From: Candidatus Marinacidobacterales bacterium
GTDB taxonomy: Bacteria; Acidobacteriota; Vicinamibacteria; Marinacidobacterales; SMYC01
Length of the DNA stretch: 64,000 nt
Reading direction: 5' to 3'
NCBI GenBank assembly: GCA_965237955.1
Contig: OZ250169.1
Span: forward strand, 4,672,001 to 4,736,000
Below are positions 40,158 through 50,971 of this stretch, piece by piece. Both the position numbers and the translations under genes were made by a program. The notes beneath the pieces were generated by a model. It saw only the letters and a list, made by a program, of their open reading frames with translations, did not search any database and was not told where the DNA came from. Positions within the stretch are counted from its first letter, which is position 1, and each line of letters opens with the position of its first letter.

Positions 40158-41057
40158 CTAAGACTCCTTCAGCACGATCCTGCCATCCATCGTCGTTACC
40201 AAAATAAGTCGACCGCCGGTGCCAAGGGTTCCTTTCACGCGGTTTCGATGTTCGGTACCTTCGAAATGGGAGAGGTTGTTGATGACGCGGCCGTCGCCCG
40301 TGGTCGCGTCGAGCTGCGCGCCAAGGCTTGCGGGGAGGGCGAGCTCGATCGAGCCATCCGATGTGCGAATGCTCCAGTCATTCGAGATCGTCGTGATGTC
40401 GCGCCCGCTCACGCGAACACTGCCATCGGCGGACACCACCCTCAACTGCCCGAAGGTTCCGCCGAGCCGGATGCGGCCATCGCCAGAGAGGACGTCGAAA
40501 TCACCGGCGAGGTTCCTACCGGTGATGGAGCCGTCGCGCGTCCGGAGTCTCACGGTGCCTTCGACGTCCGTAATCCGAATACGACCGTCTCCAGTCTCGG
40601 CGACGATCGTTCCGGAGACACCTCCGATCTCGATGCGGCCGTCCTCGGTGCGGATATCGAGCTCCGTCGACTCCGGTGGAACTCGAATCGCGACGTCGGT
40701 CCAGACGTTTCCACCGAGCGTTACCGCGCTGCGGCCGGTGCGAGCCTTCACCCGCACGACATCGCCGTGTTGAACCGCCTCGGCCCGGATGTTCTCGAGA
40801 AGCGACCGGGCCCCCGCACTATCGGCGGCGCGCGCCCGGTTCTTGAAAACGACCTCGACCACACCCGGTGCTCCGCCGACGACTTCCACGCGTCCATCGT
40901 CGATGCGTACTTCTACGACGGTGCGCTCACCGGTGTCGAACCGAAGCTTCTCGGTCGTGGACTCCTCCACCCGCTGGTGGTCACAGCCGAAGGCGATGAA
41001 CGCGCCGAGGGCCCCGAACAAGACGACGAGCGCCATGGAATCACGCATTTGCCTCAC
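40158..41057 (-). CDS. DUF4097 (adhesin-like beta-repeat) putative lipoprotein
   Basis: Signal peptide ending AFGC; repeated T.DG.I units. Confidence 0.8.
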   Translation of the reverse strand: MRQMRDSMALVVLFGALGAFIAFGCDHQRVEESTTEKLRFDTGERTVVEVRIDDGRVEVVGGAPGVVEVVFKNRARAADSAGARSLLENIRAEAVQHGDVVRVKARTGRSAVTLGGNVWTDVAIRVPPESTELDIRTEDGRIEIGGVSGTIVAETGDGRIRITDVEGTVRLRTRDGSITGRNLAGDFDVLSGDGRIRLGGTFGQLRVVSADGSVRVSGRDITTISNDWSIRTSDGSIELALPASLGAQLDATTGDGRVINNLSHFEGTEHRNRVKGTLGTGGRLILVTTMDGRIVLKES

Positions 41058-42670
41058 CTGGGACCAACCCGCGTCAGAACGATGTCACCGTAGCTGGTGA
41101 CGATCGTCAGCGGATGCGTCCCCGATCCGAGAACGCCTTCCCACCGTTGTTGCCGCAGCTCGGCGCCTTCGGTGCTCGTGAGGGATTGAAACTCGGAGCG
41201 GAGCTCCCCGTCTCGTGTGCTCGCGGTGATGCGCGCCGAGGCATCGGCCGGCAAGCCGATCGTCACATCTCCGCGTGACGTCTCCACCCGCACGGTGTCG
41301 GTGAGTCGTTTTGCAGTGACATCGACATCCGCGTCCGATGCCCGAATGTCGAGGCTTGCGCTGAGCTCCGAAACCAGGATGTCATCATGCGTGGTCGTGA
41401 TCGTGATCGCGCCGTCGACGGCGTCGACCTCTACTGAACACTTCTCGCCGGTCACGGACACGCTCCCGCGGACATCGGCAACGCTCACCGGCCGGTGAAG
41501 GTTCTCAATCGAAACGTCTCGTGCGACACCGCGCACGATGACGCGCGCGTATCGCGACACGAGGTCGAGACGTCCTCCGACGTCGTGCACGAAGACGGGA
41601 CGATGGCTCGACGCGATCGTCACACTTCCCCCGGCGCGCTCCACCGATACTTCGGAGTAAGGGCTCTCGATGTCGACGCCGCCGGTAATGTTGGTTGCTC
41701 GCACGGTGCCGTGCTCGGTTTTGAGAGCGACGTTACCGGTGACGTCCTCGATGGTTATCGAGCTGTGCTCGGTTTCCGCCGTCACATCTCCGTCGACACC
41801 GACCGCGCGCACGGCCCCGTGCTCGTTCCTCGCTACGATCGATCCTGAAATCCGTTCGAGACGAATCGTCGCGTGGCTCGTCTGGACTTCGATGCCGGAC
41901 GACAAGTTAGAGACCTCCACGCCTCCGTGTGTGGTGCTGACGTCCGCCGGCGCGTTCAGATCCTCGAGACGAACGGCGCCTCTGCGATTGGCCACTCTCA
42001 CTGACATCGTTCGGGGGACTCTGATTTCCAGATGCGTGAGCACGGCGCGTCCTCCCTGTCCCCGTGACGTGTGTAACTTGGCTTCGTCACCCGACTGGAG
42101 CTCAAGACTCACCTGCGACAGGGCGCGCTCCGCACCGGCTGCGGAGAAACTGTGAATTTGCTTCGTCATATTGACTTCGAGGTCCGGGTTATCGGAACCG
42201 ATGACGACGACTTCGCCACGTTGGTTCTCGATGATGAGAACCGAGGCTCCGTCGAGGTCGAACGATTCGGTCTCCACGACGCGGTGCGCCGGGCCGAGAA
42301 GATCGGGGCCCAGCACGAAAGCGAAGCCGTCGAGCGAAACTTCCGTCGCTATCTCTTCCATTGCCCGCTGCGCACCCCGAATGACGAGGCCGGAGACGAG
42401 GATCCAGGCGAGTACGACGATCTCGGCGGCGGTGACGTAGGAACGCTCCGGATGCACGATACGCTGGTACACCTTGTAGATGCCCCACGCGACCAGGAGT
42501 AGCGGCCAATAGGCCCCGAACCAGATGAGCACTTGCGTTCCCACTCGAACGGGAGAAACGCCGATGAAGCTCAACACGTTGTGCGCCAAAAAAAGCGAGC
42601 CTACCGCGATGAGGAACACGCCGGACACAACGGCGCATCCGGTTCTCGGCGGGCTCGGCGCTCTAGCCAT
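41054..42670 (-). CDS. Membrane-anchored DUF4097 beta-repeat protein with LiaF-like N-terminal TM region
   Basis: GVFLIAVG..YWPLLL TM segments; many T.HG.V/I repeats. Confidence 0.8.
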   Translation of the reverse strand: MARAPSPPRTGCAVVSGVFLIAVGSLFLAHNVLSFIGVSPVRVGTQVLIWFGAYWPLLLVAWGIYKVYQRIVHPERSYVTAAEIVVLAWILVSGLVIRGAQRAMEEIATEVSLDGFAFVLGPDLLGPAHRVVETESFDLDGASVLIIENQRGEVVVIGSDNPDLEVNMTKQIHSFSAAGAERALSQVSLELQSGDEAKLHTSRGQGGRAVLTHLEIRVPRTMSVRVANRRGAVRLEDLNAPADVSTTHGGVEVSNLSSGIEVQTSHATIRLERISGSIVARNEHGAVRAVGVDGDVTAETEHSSITIEDVTGNVALKTEHGTVRATNITGGVDIESPYSEVSVERAGGSVTIASSHRPVFVHDVGGRLDLVSRYARVIVRGVARDVSIENLHRPVSVADVRGSVSVTGEKCSVEVDAVDGAITITTTHDDILVSELSASLDIRASDADVDVTAKRLTDTVRVETSRGDVTIGLPADASARITASTRDGELRSEFQSLTSTEGAELRQQRWEGVLGSGTHPLTIVTSYGDIVLTRVGPR

Positions 42671-43181
42671 TGTCGGATTCGGTAGTACCGTCCGGCGTAT
42701 CGTTTTGTGACGGGGTTGCATCGTTTTGTGACGGCAACGGAGGTCCGATCGCTGGTGGCGCCGACGCTGGCTTCTTCAAAATGTAGACACCCATCGCGAT
42801 GATGGCGACCGGCCATAGGTCCAAAATCCAATCGATTTCGAACCATCCGTAGTTGTCGACGGTGAACACCACCCCGACGACGATGAGCGCCCATCCCCAC
42901 CCCTTGCTGAACGCGAAGACCTCGGTTTGGGTCGGCAGCGGCTGGCCAGTATCCACGAGGTGGTTGAGCTCGACTGCGCTGCGGTGCGCGTCGATCATCG
43001 AAAAGATCCACAGAAACGGAATGATGATCCCGACGAAAGCACCGGCTCCCTCCGACGCGAGATACATGGCGCTCGCGACGGACACGATGAGCACGAGACC
43101 TTTCGTGGGTTGACCGACATAAACATGCCCGGCGCCTGGAAGCAAAGACAGCCAGAAAGCCGCGGCGGGAGAGCGTTTCAT
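42663..43181 (-). CDS. Membrane protein (TM2-like plus DUF5668/LiaF-like)
   Basis: KRSPAAAFWLSLLPGAGHVYVGQ..KG; GWALIVVG..LWPVAII. Confidence 0.7.
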   Translation of the reverse strand: MKRSPAAAFWLSLLPGAGHVYVGQPTKGLVLIVSVASAMYLASEGAGAFVGIIIPFLWIFSMIDAHRSAVELNHLVDTGQPLPTQTEVFAFSKGWGWALIVVGVVFTVDNYGWFEIDWILDLWPVAIIAMGVYILKKPASAPPAIGPPLPSQNDATPSQNDTPDGTTESDNG

Positions 43182-43873
43182 AAAAGACTCCTTGAAGAAC
43201 GTTCTGAAAGGAAGCCGAGGTCATTCCTCGTTGCCATGGGGTGCGAGCCAGATTCGCCCTCGGGTTCGCCCTCGGTTTCTAAATGACGCCTCGAGTGTTC
43301 GTCGTCGTCTTCGGTGGACCGGCGGCCCGCGTTCTCCAGGTCACGCAGCTGTTCGTTGAGCTGGTCGAGGCGATCTTCGAAGGCCACGCCGACGGTCATG
43401 CGGAGCACGTTCAAATCCTCGATCCACCGTTCGGTTTGATCGTGAGTCCGAATCGCGAAACTGTAGATGTGGCGCGCCGTTCGTGATGTCTTCCGGTACA
43501 CCTCCGATGCGAGCTCCGGTGGAGCGAACAAGAGCACCATCGCGAGAACTGCCGCAACGGCGAGCCAACTCGTGCCCGCGACGAGCCGTGGAGAAGGTAC
43601 GGTGAAACGTGTCCCTTCGCGTGTCGTTCTGAGCGCCGTCGGCTCGGTCCGGGCGCTCCGGGCAAAATCGACGACGAGCTTTCCCGTGAGCGCGTCAGGC
43701 GTAGCGGGAACCGACATCGCTCCGAGTGCGTCGGTTACCTCTTGAAACGTCTGGTACAGGCCCCGGCACTCGTCGCAGGTATCGAGATGCGCCGAGAGCT
43801 CCCGCTCGATCGGCGGCGTGAGCACGCCCTCGCGCTCGTCCGAAAAAAGCTCCTCCGCCCGCCGACAGTTCAC
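43178..43873 (-). CDS. Zinc-finger (zf-HC2) anti-sigma factor
   Basis: HLDTCDEC motif plus one TM segment; overlaps the ECF sigma stop. Confidence 0.85.
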   Translation of the reverse strand: MNCRRAEELFSDEREGVLTPPIERELSAHLDTCDECRGLYQTFQEVTDALGAMSVPATPDALTGKLVVDFARSARTEPTALRTTREGTRFTVPSPRLVAGTSWLAVAAVLAMVLLFAPPELASEVYRKTSRTARHIYSFAIRTHDQTERWIEDLNVLRMTVGVAFEDRLDQLNEQLRDLENAGRRSTEDDDEHSRRHLETEGEPEGESGSHPMATRNDLGFLSERSSRSLL

Positions 43874-44481
43874 CGATCGCCTCCCTCGAGATTTTCCCGA
43901 AAACGATCGCTCCACTCCGCTCTTCGCCGCTTCAGCCGGCGCGCGAGCGCGACGCGCCCGCGGTTGATACGCGATTTGACAGTACCGAGCGGAACGCTGA
44001 GCTCTTGTGCCATGTCTTCGTAGCTCATCTCTTGAAGATCGCGAAGGATGACGGCTTGGGCGAGCTCGACGGGAAGTCTGTCGATGGTGTCACGGAGCCA
44101 GCCGGACAAGTCCTTTTGTTCGAGAGCGCGATGAGGGTCCGCGGTTGCATCTGCGTCTTCGGTAAAACGCACGGCGTTGTCGAACTCTTCGCCGTCGGTG
44201 ACGAGAGAGCGCTCCCTGCGTCGGCGCCGATAGTGATCGATCGCGTAGTTGCGTGCCACGCGCTGAATCCATGCCGGCAAGCTTCCCGAGCTGTCGAAAC
44301 TCTCGAGCGCGGCGAGGAGGTGCAAGAAGATCTCCTGAGTGAGCTCTTCTGCTTCGTCCGCTCGTCCGGTGAACTGGTACGCCACATGCCAAATCCTCCG
44401 CTGATATCGCTCGACGAGCACCGTCCAGGCACGCTCGTCGCCCTTCGCGCAGCGACGAGCCAGATCGGCTTCCTCTACCAA
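43870..44481 (-). CDS. ECF RNA polymerase sigma factor
   Basis: AEELTQEIF, WIQRVARNYAID, SYEDMA..L.VPLGTVKSRINRGR. Confidence 0.93.
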   Translation of the reverse strand: MVEEADLARRCAKGDERAWTVLVERYQRRIWHVAYQFTGRADEAEELTQEIFLHLLAALESFDSSGSLPAWIQRVARNYAIDHYRRRRRERSLVTDGEEFDNAVRFTEDADATADPHRALEQKDLSGWLRDTIDRLPVELAQAVILRDLQEMSYEDMAQELSVPLGTVKSRINRGRVALARRLKRRRAEWSDRFRENLEGGDR

Positions 44482-44748
44482 CTCGCCTGGTCTCCGCTCT
44501 TTCTCTCTAACTCACACCCCGAAACGCACTTCGTCCACGGAATGTTCCATCTGTCGCAGCGTCTTGGATCGGTATTCGAGTAATTCCTCTAAATCGTAGC
44601 GACGGTTGACTTTCGGCCTGTATTCTAGTAAATCTAGCATCCCGTAGGGCACCGCCTAGTGCGTAGTGCGCCGACGTCGCGGTTTCTGGCTCACCGGAGG
44701 GGGGGCGATGAAACGACCTCGACCTCCACAGCATCCTTGAACTGAAGA

Positions 44749-45777
44749 GTGTCCGACCGACCGAAGCTCTCGTCTGCGACCACGCAGGCCCTCCTGGGTG
44801 CCGCGCTTGCGGCGGTGCTGATGTGGCTGTTTTTCCGTGGCACCGATTTGGGCGCCATCTGGCAACACCTTGCCGAAGCAAAACCCGCCCTCCTTCTTGC
44901 CGCGGTGGCGATGACGCTCGTGACCAACCTGTGGCGCGCGCTACGGTGGAAGGTGCTTCTCGCCCCACTCGGCCGGGCCGGACTTTGGAATTGTTTTGCA
45001 ATGACCATCATCGGCTTCATGGTCAACTTTCTCGTGCCTCCTGGTCGGCTCGGCGAGATCGCGCGTCCGTATCTGTTGGCACGCAAGGAGGGTTTTTCCG
45101 CTTCGAGCACCTTTGCCACCATTTTTCTCGAGCGCATCCTCGATTTGGTCACGGTCGTTCTGTTGATTGGATTGTGGCTCGTGGTCGCGGATCTTCCGTC
45201 GTCGAGCGAGGAAGTGATGCTCGGCCTGAAAACCGGCGGGTTGGTGGGCTTCGTCGGAGCCGTGGGAGCTCTGGGGGTGATGTTCTCTCTCGCGCGGGAT
45301 CGCTCGCGGGCAAAACGGTTGTTCGAGCGAATCTTTCGTATACTGCCCGCGAAACTCGAGGCCAAAGCGACGTGGTTCGCGGAGACCTTCACTGCGGGTC
45401 TCGCGGTTCTCGTCGACGCGGCTAGTTTTCTGAAAGCCATCGTGTTATCGATCTGCGTGTGGTTCAGCATCGGGGCCGGGTTCTACTTCGGGGCGCGCGC
45501 CCTGGGCGTCGACTACCCGTTTGGAGACACGTCTCTCATCATCGGATTTCTCACTGTAGGTGTCGCCGTCCCGACGCCGGGCGCGGTAGGTGGCTACCAC
45601 TACATGGCCGCGTTGGCGCTCACGAAACTCCTTGGTGTCGAGCCCAGCGTAGCCGGGGCGGTCGCCCTGGTGAACCATGCCATCGCTTATCTGCCGGTCA
45701 CGGTGATCGGTATTTTTCTGTTTCCGGGCTCGGCCGGAAGCTTCCGTCAGCTGAAGACGATTTCCAGTGAAACTTGA
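44749..45777 (+). CDS. Lysylphosphatidylglycerol synthase TM-domain (UPF0104) membrane protein
   Basis: RALRWKVLL, N..PPGRLGEIARP, ERILD, VPTPGAVGGY. Confidence 0.88.
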   Translation: MSDRPKLSSATTQALLGAALAAVLMWLFFRGTDLGAIWQHLAEAKPALLLAAVAMTLVTNLWRALRWKVLLAPLGRAGLWNCFAMTIIGFMVNFLVPPGRLGEIARPYLLARKEGFSASSTFATIFLERILDLVTVVLLIGLWLVVADLPSSSEEVMLGLKTGGLVGFVGAVGALGVMFSLARDRSRAKRLFERIFRILPAKLEAKATWFAETFTAGLAVLVDAASFLKAIVLSICVWFSIGAGFYFGARALGVDYPFGDTSLIIGFLTVGVAVPTPGAVGGYHYMAALALTKLLGVEPSVAGAVALVNHAIAYLPVTVIGIFLFPGSAGSFRQLKTISSET

Positions 45778-45792
45778 ACAGGAGTAGCAAGG

Positions 45793-46260
45793 GTGAAATG
45801 TCCGTTTTGTGGTCATTCGGCAGACAAGGTGGTCGATTCGAGAGAGAGCAAGGAAGGTGAGGCAATCCGCCGCCGCCGCCAGTGCCTGAAGTGTGGGCGT
45901 CGTTTTACCAGCTACGAGCGCATCGACCGCATCGACTACCGCGTCGTCAAAAAAGACGGCTCCCGCGAGCGCTTCGACCGCGAGAAGCTGATGAACGGAA
46001 TTCTCAAGGCGTGTGAAAAGCGAGCGATTCCTCTCACCCGACTCGAGGCGATCGTGGACCAAATCGAGCATCGACTCCACGACACCTCCGACAAAGAGGT
46101 GTCGACGACCGAGGTCGGAGAGCACGTGATGTCGGAGCTCAAAGCGCTCGATCAAGTCGCCTACGTACGGTTCGCTTCGGTGTACCGGGAGTTCAAGGAC
46201 GCCAATGAATTCGTCGAGACCATTCGCTCACTTCTGGGACGGCAAGAACCCGCGGAATGA
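45793..46260 (+). CDS. nrdR: Transcriptional repressor NrdR
   Basis: CPFC..KVVDSR..IRRRRQC..C..RFTSYE, ATP cone, VAYVRFASVY. Confidence 0.97.
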   Translation: MKCPFCGHSADKVVDSRESKEGEAIRRRRQCLKCGRRFTSYERIDRIDYRVVKKDGSRERFDREKLMNGILKACEKRAIPLTRLEAIVDQIEHRLHDTSDKEVSTTEVGEHVMSELKALDQVAYVRFASVYREFKDANEFVETIRSLLGRQEPAE

Positions 46261-46814
46261 AACGTCGAGTGCCAAAGACGATTGCCGGATGCGCTGTCGC
46301 GCTGGCGTTGTCGTTTACGATATCGGCGACGATCTCGGCCGCCGAGATCGTCGAGCTCGTCCCCGTGATCCGGAGCGAAGGGATTCTCGTCAGTTTTCGC
46401 GTCGAGGAAGCTTTCGACGAGGATATCGTGCAAGCGATCGAGACCGGGCTCGAGGTCAGCTTTCGCTACAATGTGGAGTTGAGGCGGGTTCGGCGTGCCT
46501 GGTTCGACGACAAAGCCGCGTCGCGTCAGATCCAGACCACCGTCGCTTATGACAACTTGACGAAACGCTACAGCCTGACGCGCGAGATTGATGGTGAGAT
46601 CGACGCCACCGAGGTCGCCGATAACCCGGATGCGATGAGACGCTTCATGACGTCGTTCGAATCACTCCTGCTGTTCGACGTTTCGTTTATGGAGCCGAAC
46701 GAGGAGTACTATCTGCGAGCGAACGGTGTCATGAGAGATCGCAACGTGTTGCTCCTCATTCCATGGAACGTCGGCGCCGATTGGCGCGAGGCGCACTTCA
46801 CGTATCTACCGTAG
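46257..46814 (+). CDS. DUF4390 family exported protein
   Basis: Signal peptide; AIETGL..F.Y.VEL, YDNLTKRY; typical position upstream of NtrY-like kinases. Confidence 0.7.
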   Translation: MKRRVPKTIAGCAVALALSFTISATISAAEIVELVPVIRSEGILVSFRVEEAFDEDIVQAIETGLEVSFRYNVELRRVRRAWFDDKAASRQIQTTVAYDNLTKRYSLTREIDGEIDATEVADNPDAMRRFMTSFESLLLFDVSFMEPNEEYYLRANGVMRDRNVLLLIPWNVGADWREAHFTYLP

Positions 46815-46824
46815 GCCTCGCACC

Positions 46825-49128
46825 ATGAGTGATAACGGGAGCTCGTCTTCAAACAAAGGGAAAAAAGCGAAAAAAGAGTCCAGGGGCAACCTCCGTCTTG
46901 TTGCGGTCACCGTACTTCTGCTGCTTTCGGTGACGCTGGTGAGCACGTATCTCATCGGCAAGGCGGAGTCGTTCAAACCGGACTACATGGCCCGCGCCTT
47001 TCTCTTCGGCTTCACCCTGGTGATTTGGGCTTTGCTCCTCGTCCTGGCGTTCGTTCTCGGAAGAAACCTCATCAAGCTCTTCCTGGAGCGAAAGCACTCG
47101 GTGAGAGGTGCCAAGCTCAAGACGAAGCTCGTTATCATTTTTATCGGCTTCGCCCTCCTTCCCTCCGCGCTGATCGTTCTAATAGGGAGCCGCTTGATAT
47201 CGGCGTCGGTGGATCGGTGGTTTTCGCACCCTGTCGAAGAAGTTCTCGTCGGAGCCCAGGAGGTGGTGGAGCACTATTTTCAGGAAAAACACGCGAGCGC
47301 CACGTTCTACGCGCGCAGCCTGTCACGCGAGATCGGAGAATCGAGGCTTCTCACCCCGGCGCGGCTTTCACGTTTGAGCCGCACGATGAACGACCGGCTC
47401 ACTCGGTATCGTTTGGATATGGTGACGGTGCTTTCGGCCGACGGGCCGCTGTGGACGTCCGCTCGGCCGGGCCTGCCCCAATACAACCCCGACTCCACCC
47501 TTCGTCTCGCGGAGACGGGTCTCGGTGGAGAGGAAACGTTGCTTCAGGACTCGCTCGGTGACGGAACGCTGGTGCAATACGTTTCACCCATCTATCGAGC
47601 CGGAACTCGCGAAGTGCCCGAAGTGGAAGGCGCCGTCGTGGTGTCGTACTTCGTGCCCAAGAACTTGGCCACGATCCTGGACGACGTGAATCGCCAGGCC
47701 AACGTCTATCAACAGGCCGAGGCGCAGAAGGAGCCGATTCAAGACCTCTATCTATCGTTCTTCGTGATGGTGTCGTTGCTCCTTTTGTTGTCGTCGACGT
47801 GGATCGGGCTCTATCTCGCCAAGCGCATCACCGGTCCCGTGGGCCAGCTCGTCGAAGCGACCGAGCGCATCATGGCCGGGGATCTCGATCATCCGGTGTC
47901 GGGGGCCGCGGTCGACGACCTTGGATTGTTGATGGAATCGTTCAACCGCATGACTGCCCAGGTGAAGGCCAGCCAAGAGCGGCTGGAGTCGTCCCGTCAG
48001 GATCTCGAGATGAAGAACCTCGAGTTGGACCGCCGCCGCGGCTACATGGAAACCGTTCTCGAGAACATCACCACCGGGATCATCTCGCTCGGTCGCGAAG
48101 GGTTCGTCACCCGCATCAACCAGGCGGCGCTCAAAATGCTCCAACTCGACGCGACCCTCGTGGGTCAACACTATCGCGAGCTGTTCCGGGACGAAGAGCT
48201 GTCCGCGCTTCGTTTGTTGCTCGATGAGATGGGCGGCATCGACTCTCGCGCTCCCCTCGAAGAAGAGCTCGATGTGTCCGTTCAAGGACGTGAGCTCCAC
48301 CTGTCGGTCTACATCACCACGCTCACCGGCGTCGACGATGTGCCGTCGGGGCTCCTGATGGTCTTGGACGATTTAACGCAGCTTCTGCGTGCCCAAAAAG
48401 TGGCGGCGTGGCGCGAAGTCGCGCGCCGGCTCGCGCACGAGATCAAGAACCCGCTCACCCCCATTCAGCTCTCGGCGCAGCGGATCCGCAAACATTTCCG
48501 CGAGCGCTCCAAGGATCTCTCGCGGGTCGTGGAAGAAGGTACCGGCACCATCATCGAAGAAGTGGACTCGTTGAAGAATCTCGTGGACGAGTTCTCGCAG
48601 TTTGCACGGATGCCCACCGTGTCCCCGGAGCCTCAACCTCTTGTTCCTCTCGTCCGGGGGACGCTCGAGCTCTACGATGGCTTGTTCGACGGGCTCGTCA
48701 TCACCAGACGCTTCGCGGACGACATTCCCCGTGTGCTCGTGGATCCGGAGCTCATCCGGCGCGTCTTTATCAATATTATCGACAACGCCATCGAAGCGAA
48801 CGGCGGCAAGGGTGAGGTCATCGTCGAGACGAGCTACCAGCCGGAGCTCAACCTGGCGCGGGTGGCCGTGGCCGACGACGGGCCGGGGGTCTCGCCGGAA
48901 GAGCAGGACAAGTTGTTCATGCCGTACTACTCGACGAAACGACGGGGGAGTGGTCTCGGCCTCGCCATCGTCAAACGCATCGTCGCCGAGCACCGCGGGC
49001 ACGTCCGTGTCGAGAAGAACCAACCCCGAGGCGCGCGCTTCATCGTCGAGCTCCCAGTAGAGACCGGAGACACCCCCACCGGTGACCGTGACGAAAAGCA
49101 CGTAACGAGCAGGACATCGAGTGCTTAA
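46825..49128 (+). CDS. NtrY-like sensor histidine kinase (HAMP, PAS)
   Basis: AWREVARRLAHEIKNPLTPIQLSA, NIIDNA, DDGPG, GSGLGLAIV. Confidence 0.93.
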   Translation: MSDNGSSSSNKGKKAKKESRGNLRLVAVTVLLLLSVTLVSTYLIGKAESFKPDYMARAFLFGFTLVIWALLLVLAFVLGRNLIKLFLERKHSVRGAKLKTKLVIIFIGFALLPSALIVLIGSRLISASVDRWFSHPVEEVLVGAQEVVEHYFQEKHASATFYARSLSREIGESRLLTPARLSRLSRTMNDRLTRYRLDMVTVLSADGPLWTSARPGLPQYNPDSTLRLAETGLGGEETLLQDSLGDGTLVQYVSPIYRAGTREVPEVEGAVVVSYFVPKNLATILDDVNRQANVYQQAEAQKEPIQDLYLSFFVMVSLLLLLSSTWIGLYLAKRITGPVGQLVEATERIMAGDLDHPVSGAAVDDLGLLMESFNRMTAQVKASQERLESSRQDLEMKNLELDRRRGYMETVLENITTGIISLGREGFVTRINQAALKMLQLDATLVGQHYRELFRDEELSALRLLLDEMGGIDSRAPLEEELDVSVQGRELHLSVYITTLTGVDDVPSGLLMVLDDLTQLLRAQKVAAWREVARRLAHEIKNPLTPIQLSAQRIRKHFRERSKDLSRVVEEGTGTIIEEVDSLKNLVDEFSQFARMPTVSPEPQPLVPLVRGTLELYDGLFDGLVITRRFADDIPRVLVDPELIRRVFINIIDNAIEANGGKGEVIVETSYQPELNLARVAVADDGPGVSPEEQDKLFMPYYSTKRRGSGLGLAIVKRIVAEHRGHVRVEKNQPRGARFIVELPVETGDTPTGDRDEKHVTSRTSSA

Positions 49129-49284
49129 TGCTCAAGATGCAGAGCTCTTCGCTCATTCGCTCGGCCTCTCGTCGGTGCACTCATCAGTGGGCGCTCTCTC
49201 TTCGTACTGCCGAGCGCCCCGTCCTCCGCTCGCAGGCTCGCTGCGGACGGCGGCTGGAAGCTGGCGACTGGTGACTGGCGACTG

Positions 49285-50637
49285 ATGAGCCAGGAGCGGA
49301 TTCTCATTGTCGATGACGAGGCCGGGGTGCGGTCGTCGCTTCAGGGGATTCTCGAGGACGAAGGGTACCGTGTCGACACGGACGCGAGCGCCGAAGGTGC
49401 GCTCAGTCGTCTCGCGCACGACGAATACGATCTCGTCCTCCTCGACATCTGGCTTCCCAACATGGACGGTATGGAGGCCCTCGAGAAGATGCGCGACGAG
49501 GATCTCGATACGCCCGTCATCATGATCTCGGGCCACGCGACGATCGAAAGCGCGGTGAAAGCGATCCAGCTCGGCGCGTACAATTTTGTGGAAAAACCGC
49601 TGTCGCTCGCCAAGACCGTCATCGCGGTCAAGAATGCGCTCCGCCAAGGAAAGCTTGAGCAAGAGAACCGCGACTTGCGCGAGCGGGTCCAATCACGTCA
49701 GGCGTTGATCGGTGAAAGCCCGGCGATGCACGAGCTGAAGAAGCAAATCGGGATCGCCGCCCCGACGAACGGACGTGTCCTCATCTTCGGGGAGAACGGC
49801 ACCGGTAAGGAGCTCGTCGCGCACGCGGTGCACGCGCAGTCGCTTCGGAGCAAAGGCGCGTTCGTCGAAGTCAACTGCGCCGCCATTCCCGAGGAGCTCA
49901 TCGAAAGCGAGCTGTTTGGTCATATGAAAGGCTCTTTCACCGGCGCCGTCTCCGACAAGGAAGGTAAATTTCGGGCGGCGGATGGGGGCACACTCTTTCT
50001 CGACGAGATCGGGGACATGAGCCTCAAGACACAGGCGAAGGTTCTCCGCGTGCTTCAAGAGCAAAAATTCGAACCGGTGGGAAGCACCCAATCCATTGGA
50101 GTCGATTGCCGCGTTATCGCTGCCACCAACAAAGAGCTCGCGGAAGAGATTCGCGCCGGGAATTTCCGCGAAGACCTCTTCTTTCGATTGAACGTGATCC
50201 CGTTCCAAATGCCGCCCCTTCGCGATCGCCGCGAGGACGTACCGCTTCTGGCGACGCACTTCATCGTTGCCTTCTGCGCCGAGTATGGCAAGAAAGCGAA
50301 AGAGATGAGCCCGTCGGCTTTGGATCGGCTCCTCGCCTATGGGTGGCCGGGCAACGTGCGCGAGTTGAAAAACGTCATCGAGCGGTTGGTGATCATGGTC
50401 CCGGGGGACGTCATCGAAGCCGACGATCTGCCCGTCGCAGTGTCACCGACGGATGACGAGGGATTCGAAGCTTTCAATGACTATCCGAGCTTGTCGAGTG
50501 CGCGCGAGGCTTTCGAAACGCAGTACATCGTCAACAAGCTCCGTGCCAACAAAGGCAACGTCTCGAAAACGGCGGAAGCGCTCGGGATCGAGCGCTCGCA
50601 TTTGTATAGGAAGATGAAGGCATTCGGAATCAGGTAG
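49285..50637 (+). CDS. NtrX-like sigma54-type response regulator (REC, AAA+, Fis HTH)
   Basis: LLDIW, GENGTGKE, ESELFGH.KGSFTGA, FLDEIGDM, WPGNVREL. Confidence 0.93.
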   Translation: MSQERILIVDDEAGVRSSLQGILEDEGYRVDTDASAEGALSRLAHDEYDLVLLDIWLPNMDGMEALEKMRDEDLDTPVIMISGHATIESAVKAIQLGAYNFVEKPLSLAKTVIAVKNALRQGKLEQENRDLRERVQSRQALIGESPAMHELKKQIGIAAPTNGRVLIFGENGTGKELVAHAVHAQSLRSKGAFVEVNCAAIPEELIESELFGHMKGSFTGAVSDKEGKFRAADGGTLFLDEIGDMSLKTQAKVLRVLQEQKFEPVGSTQSIGVDCRVIAATNKELAEEIRAGNFREDLFFRLNVIPFQMPPLRDRREDVPLLATHFIVAFCAEYGKKAKEMSPSALDRLLAYGWPGNVRELKNVIERLVIMVPGDVIEADDLPVAVSPTDDEGFEAFNDYPSLSSAREAFETQYIVNKLRANKGNVSKTAEALGIERSHLYRKMKAFGIR

Positions 50638-50641
50638 CTGT

Positions 50642-50781
50642 GGCCATCGGCCGTTGGCCATCAGCCATTGGCAGGGCTGAGCTGCTCGCGCTTGACGGAA
50701 GGTCCTTGTTGCTTGCCCATGTCCGCACCGCCGGAGCGCGAGCGACTCGAGCCTGCTGATGGCCGATGGCTGATGGCTGAA
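50642..50781. repeat. Heptamer-bounded inverted-repeat element
   Basis: GGCCATCGGCCGTTGGCCATCAGCCATTGG ... GCTGATGGCCGATGGCTGATGGCTGA. Confidence 0.8.
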
Positions 50782-50971
50782 TCAACCCCCCCTTCAGCTC
50801 GCCCCAACCTTTTTCAGACGTTCTTCCAGAATCCCGGGCTCCTCTGTCAATCTCAGTCTACTGACCATGATGTTGGGTATCGCTTCAATCAACATTTGCA
50901 ATGTCATTCCGGCAAAATCAGGCAACACACTACCATTCGGCCTCGTTTGGCAGTATATTTCTTGAGACGCC

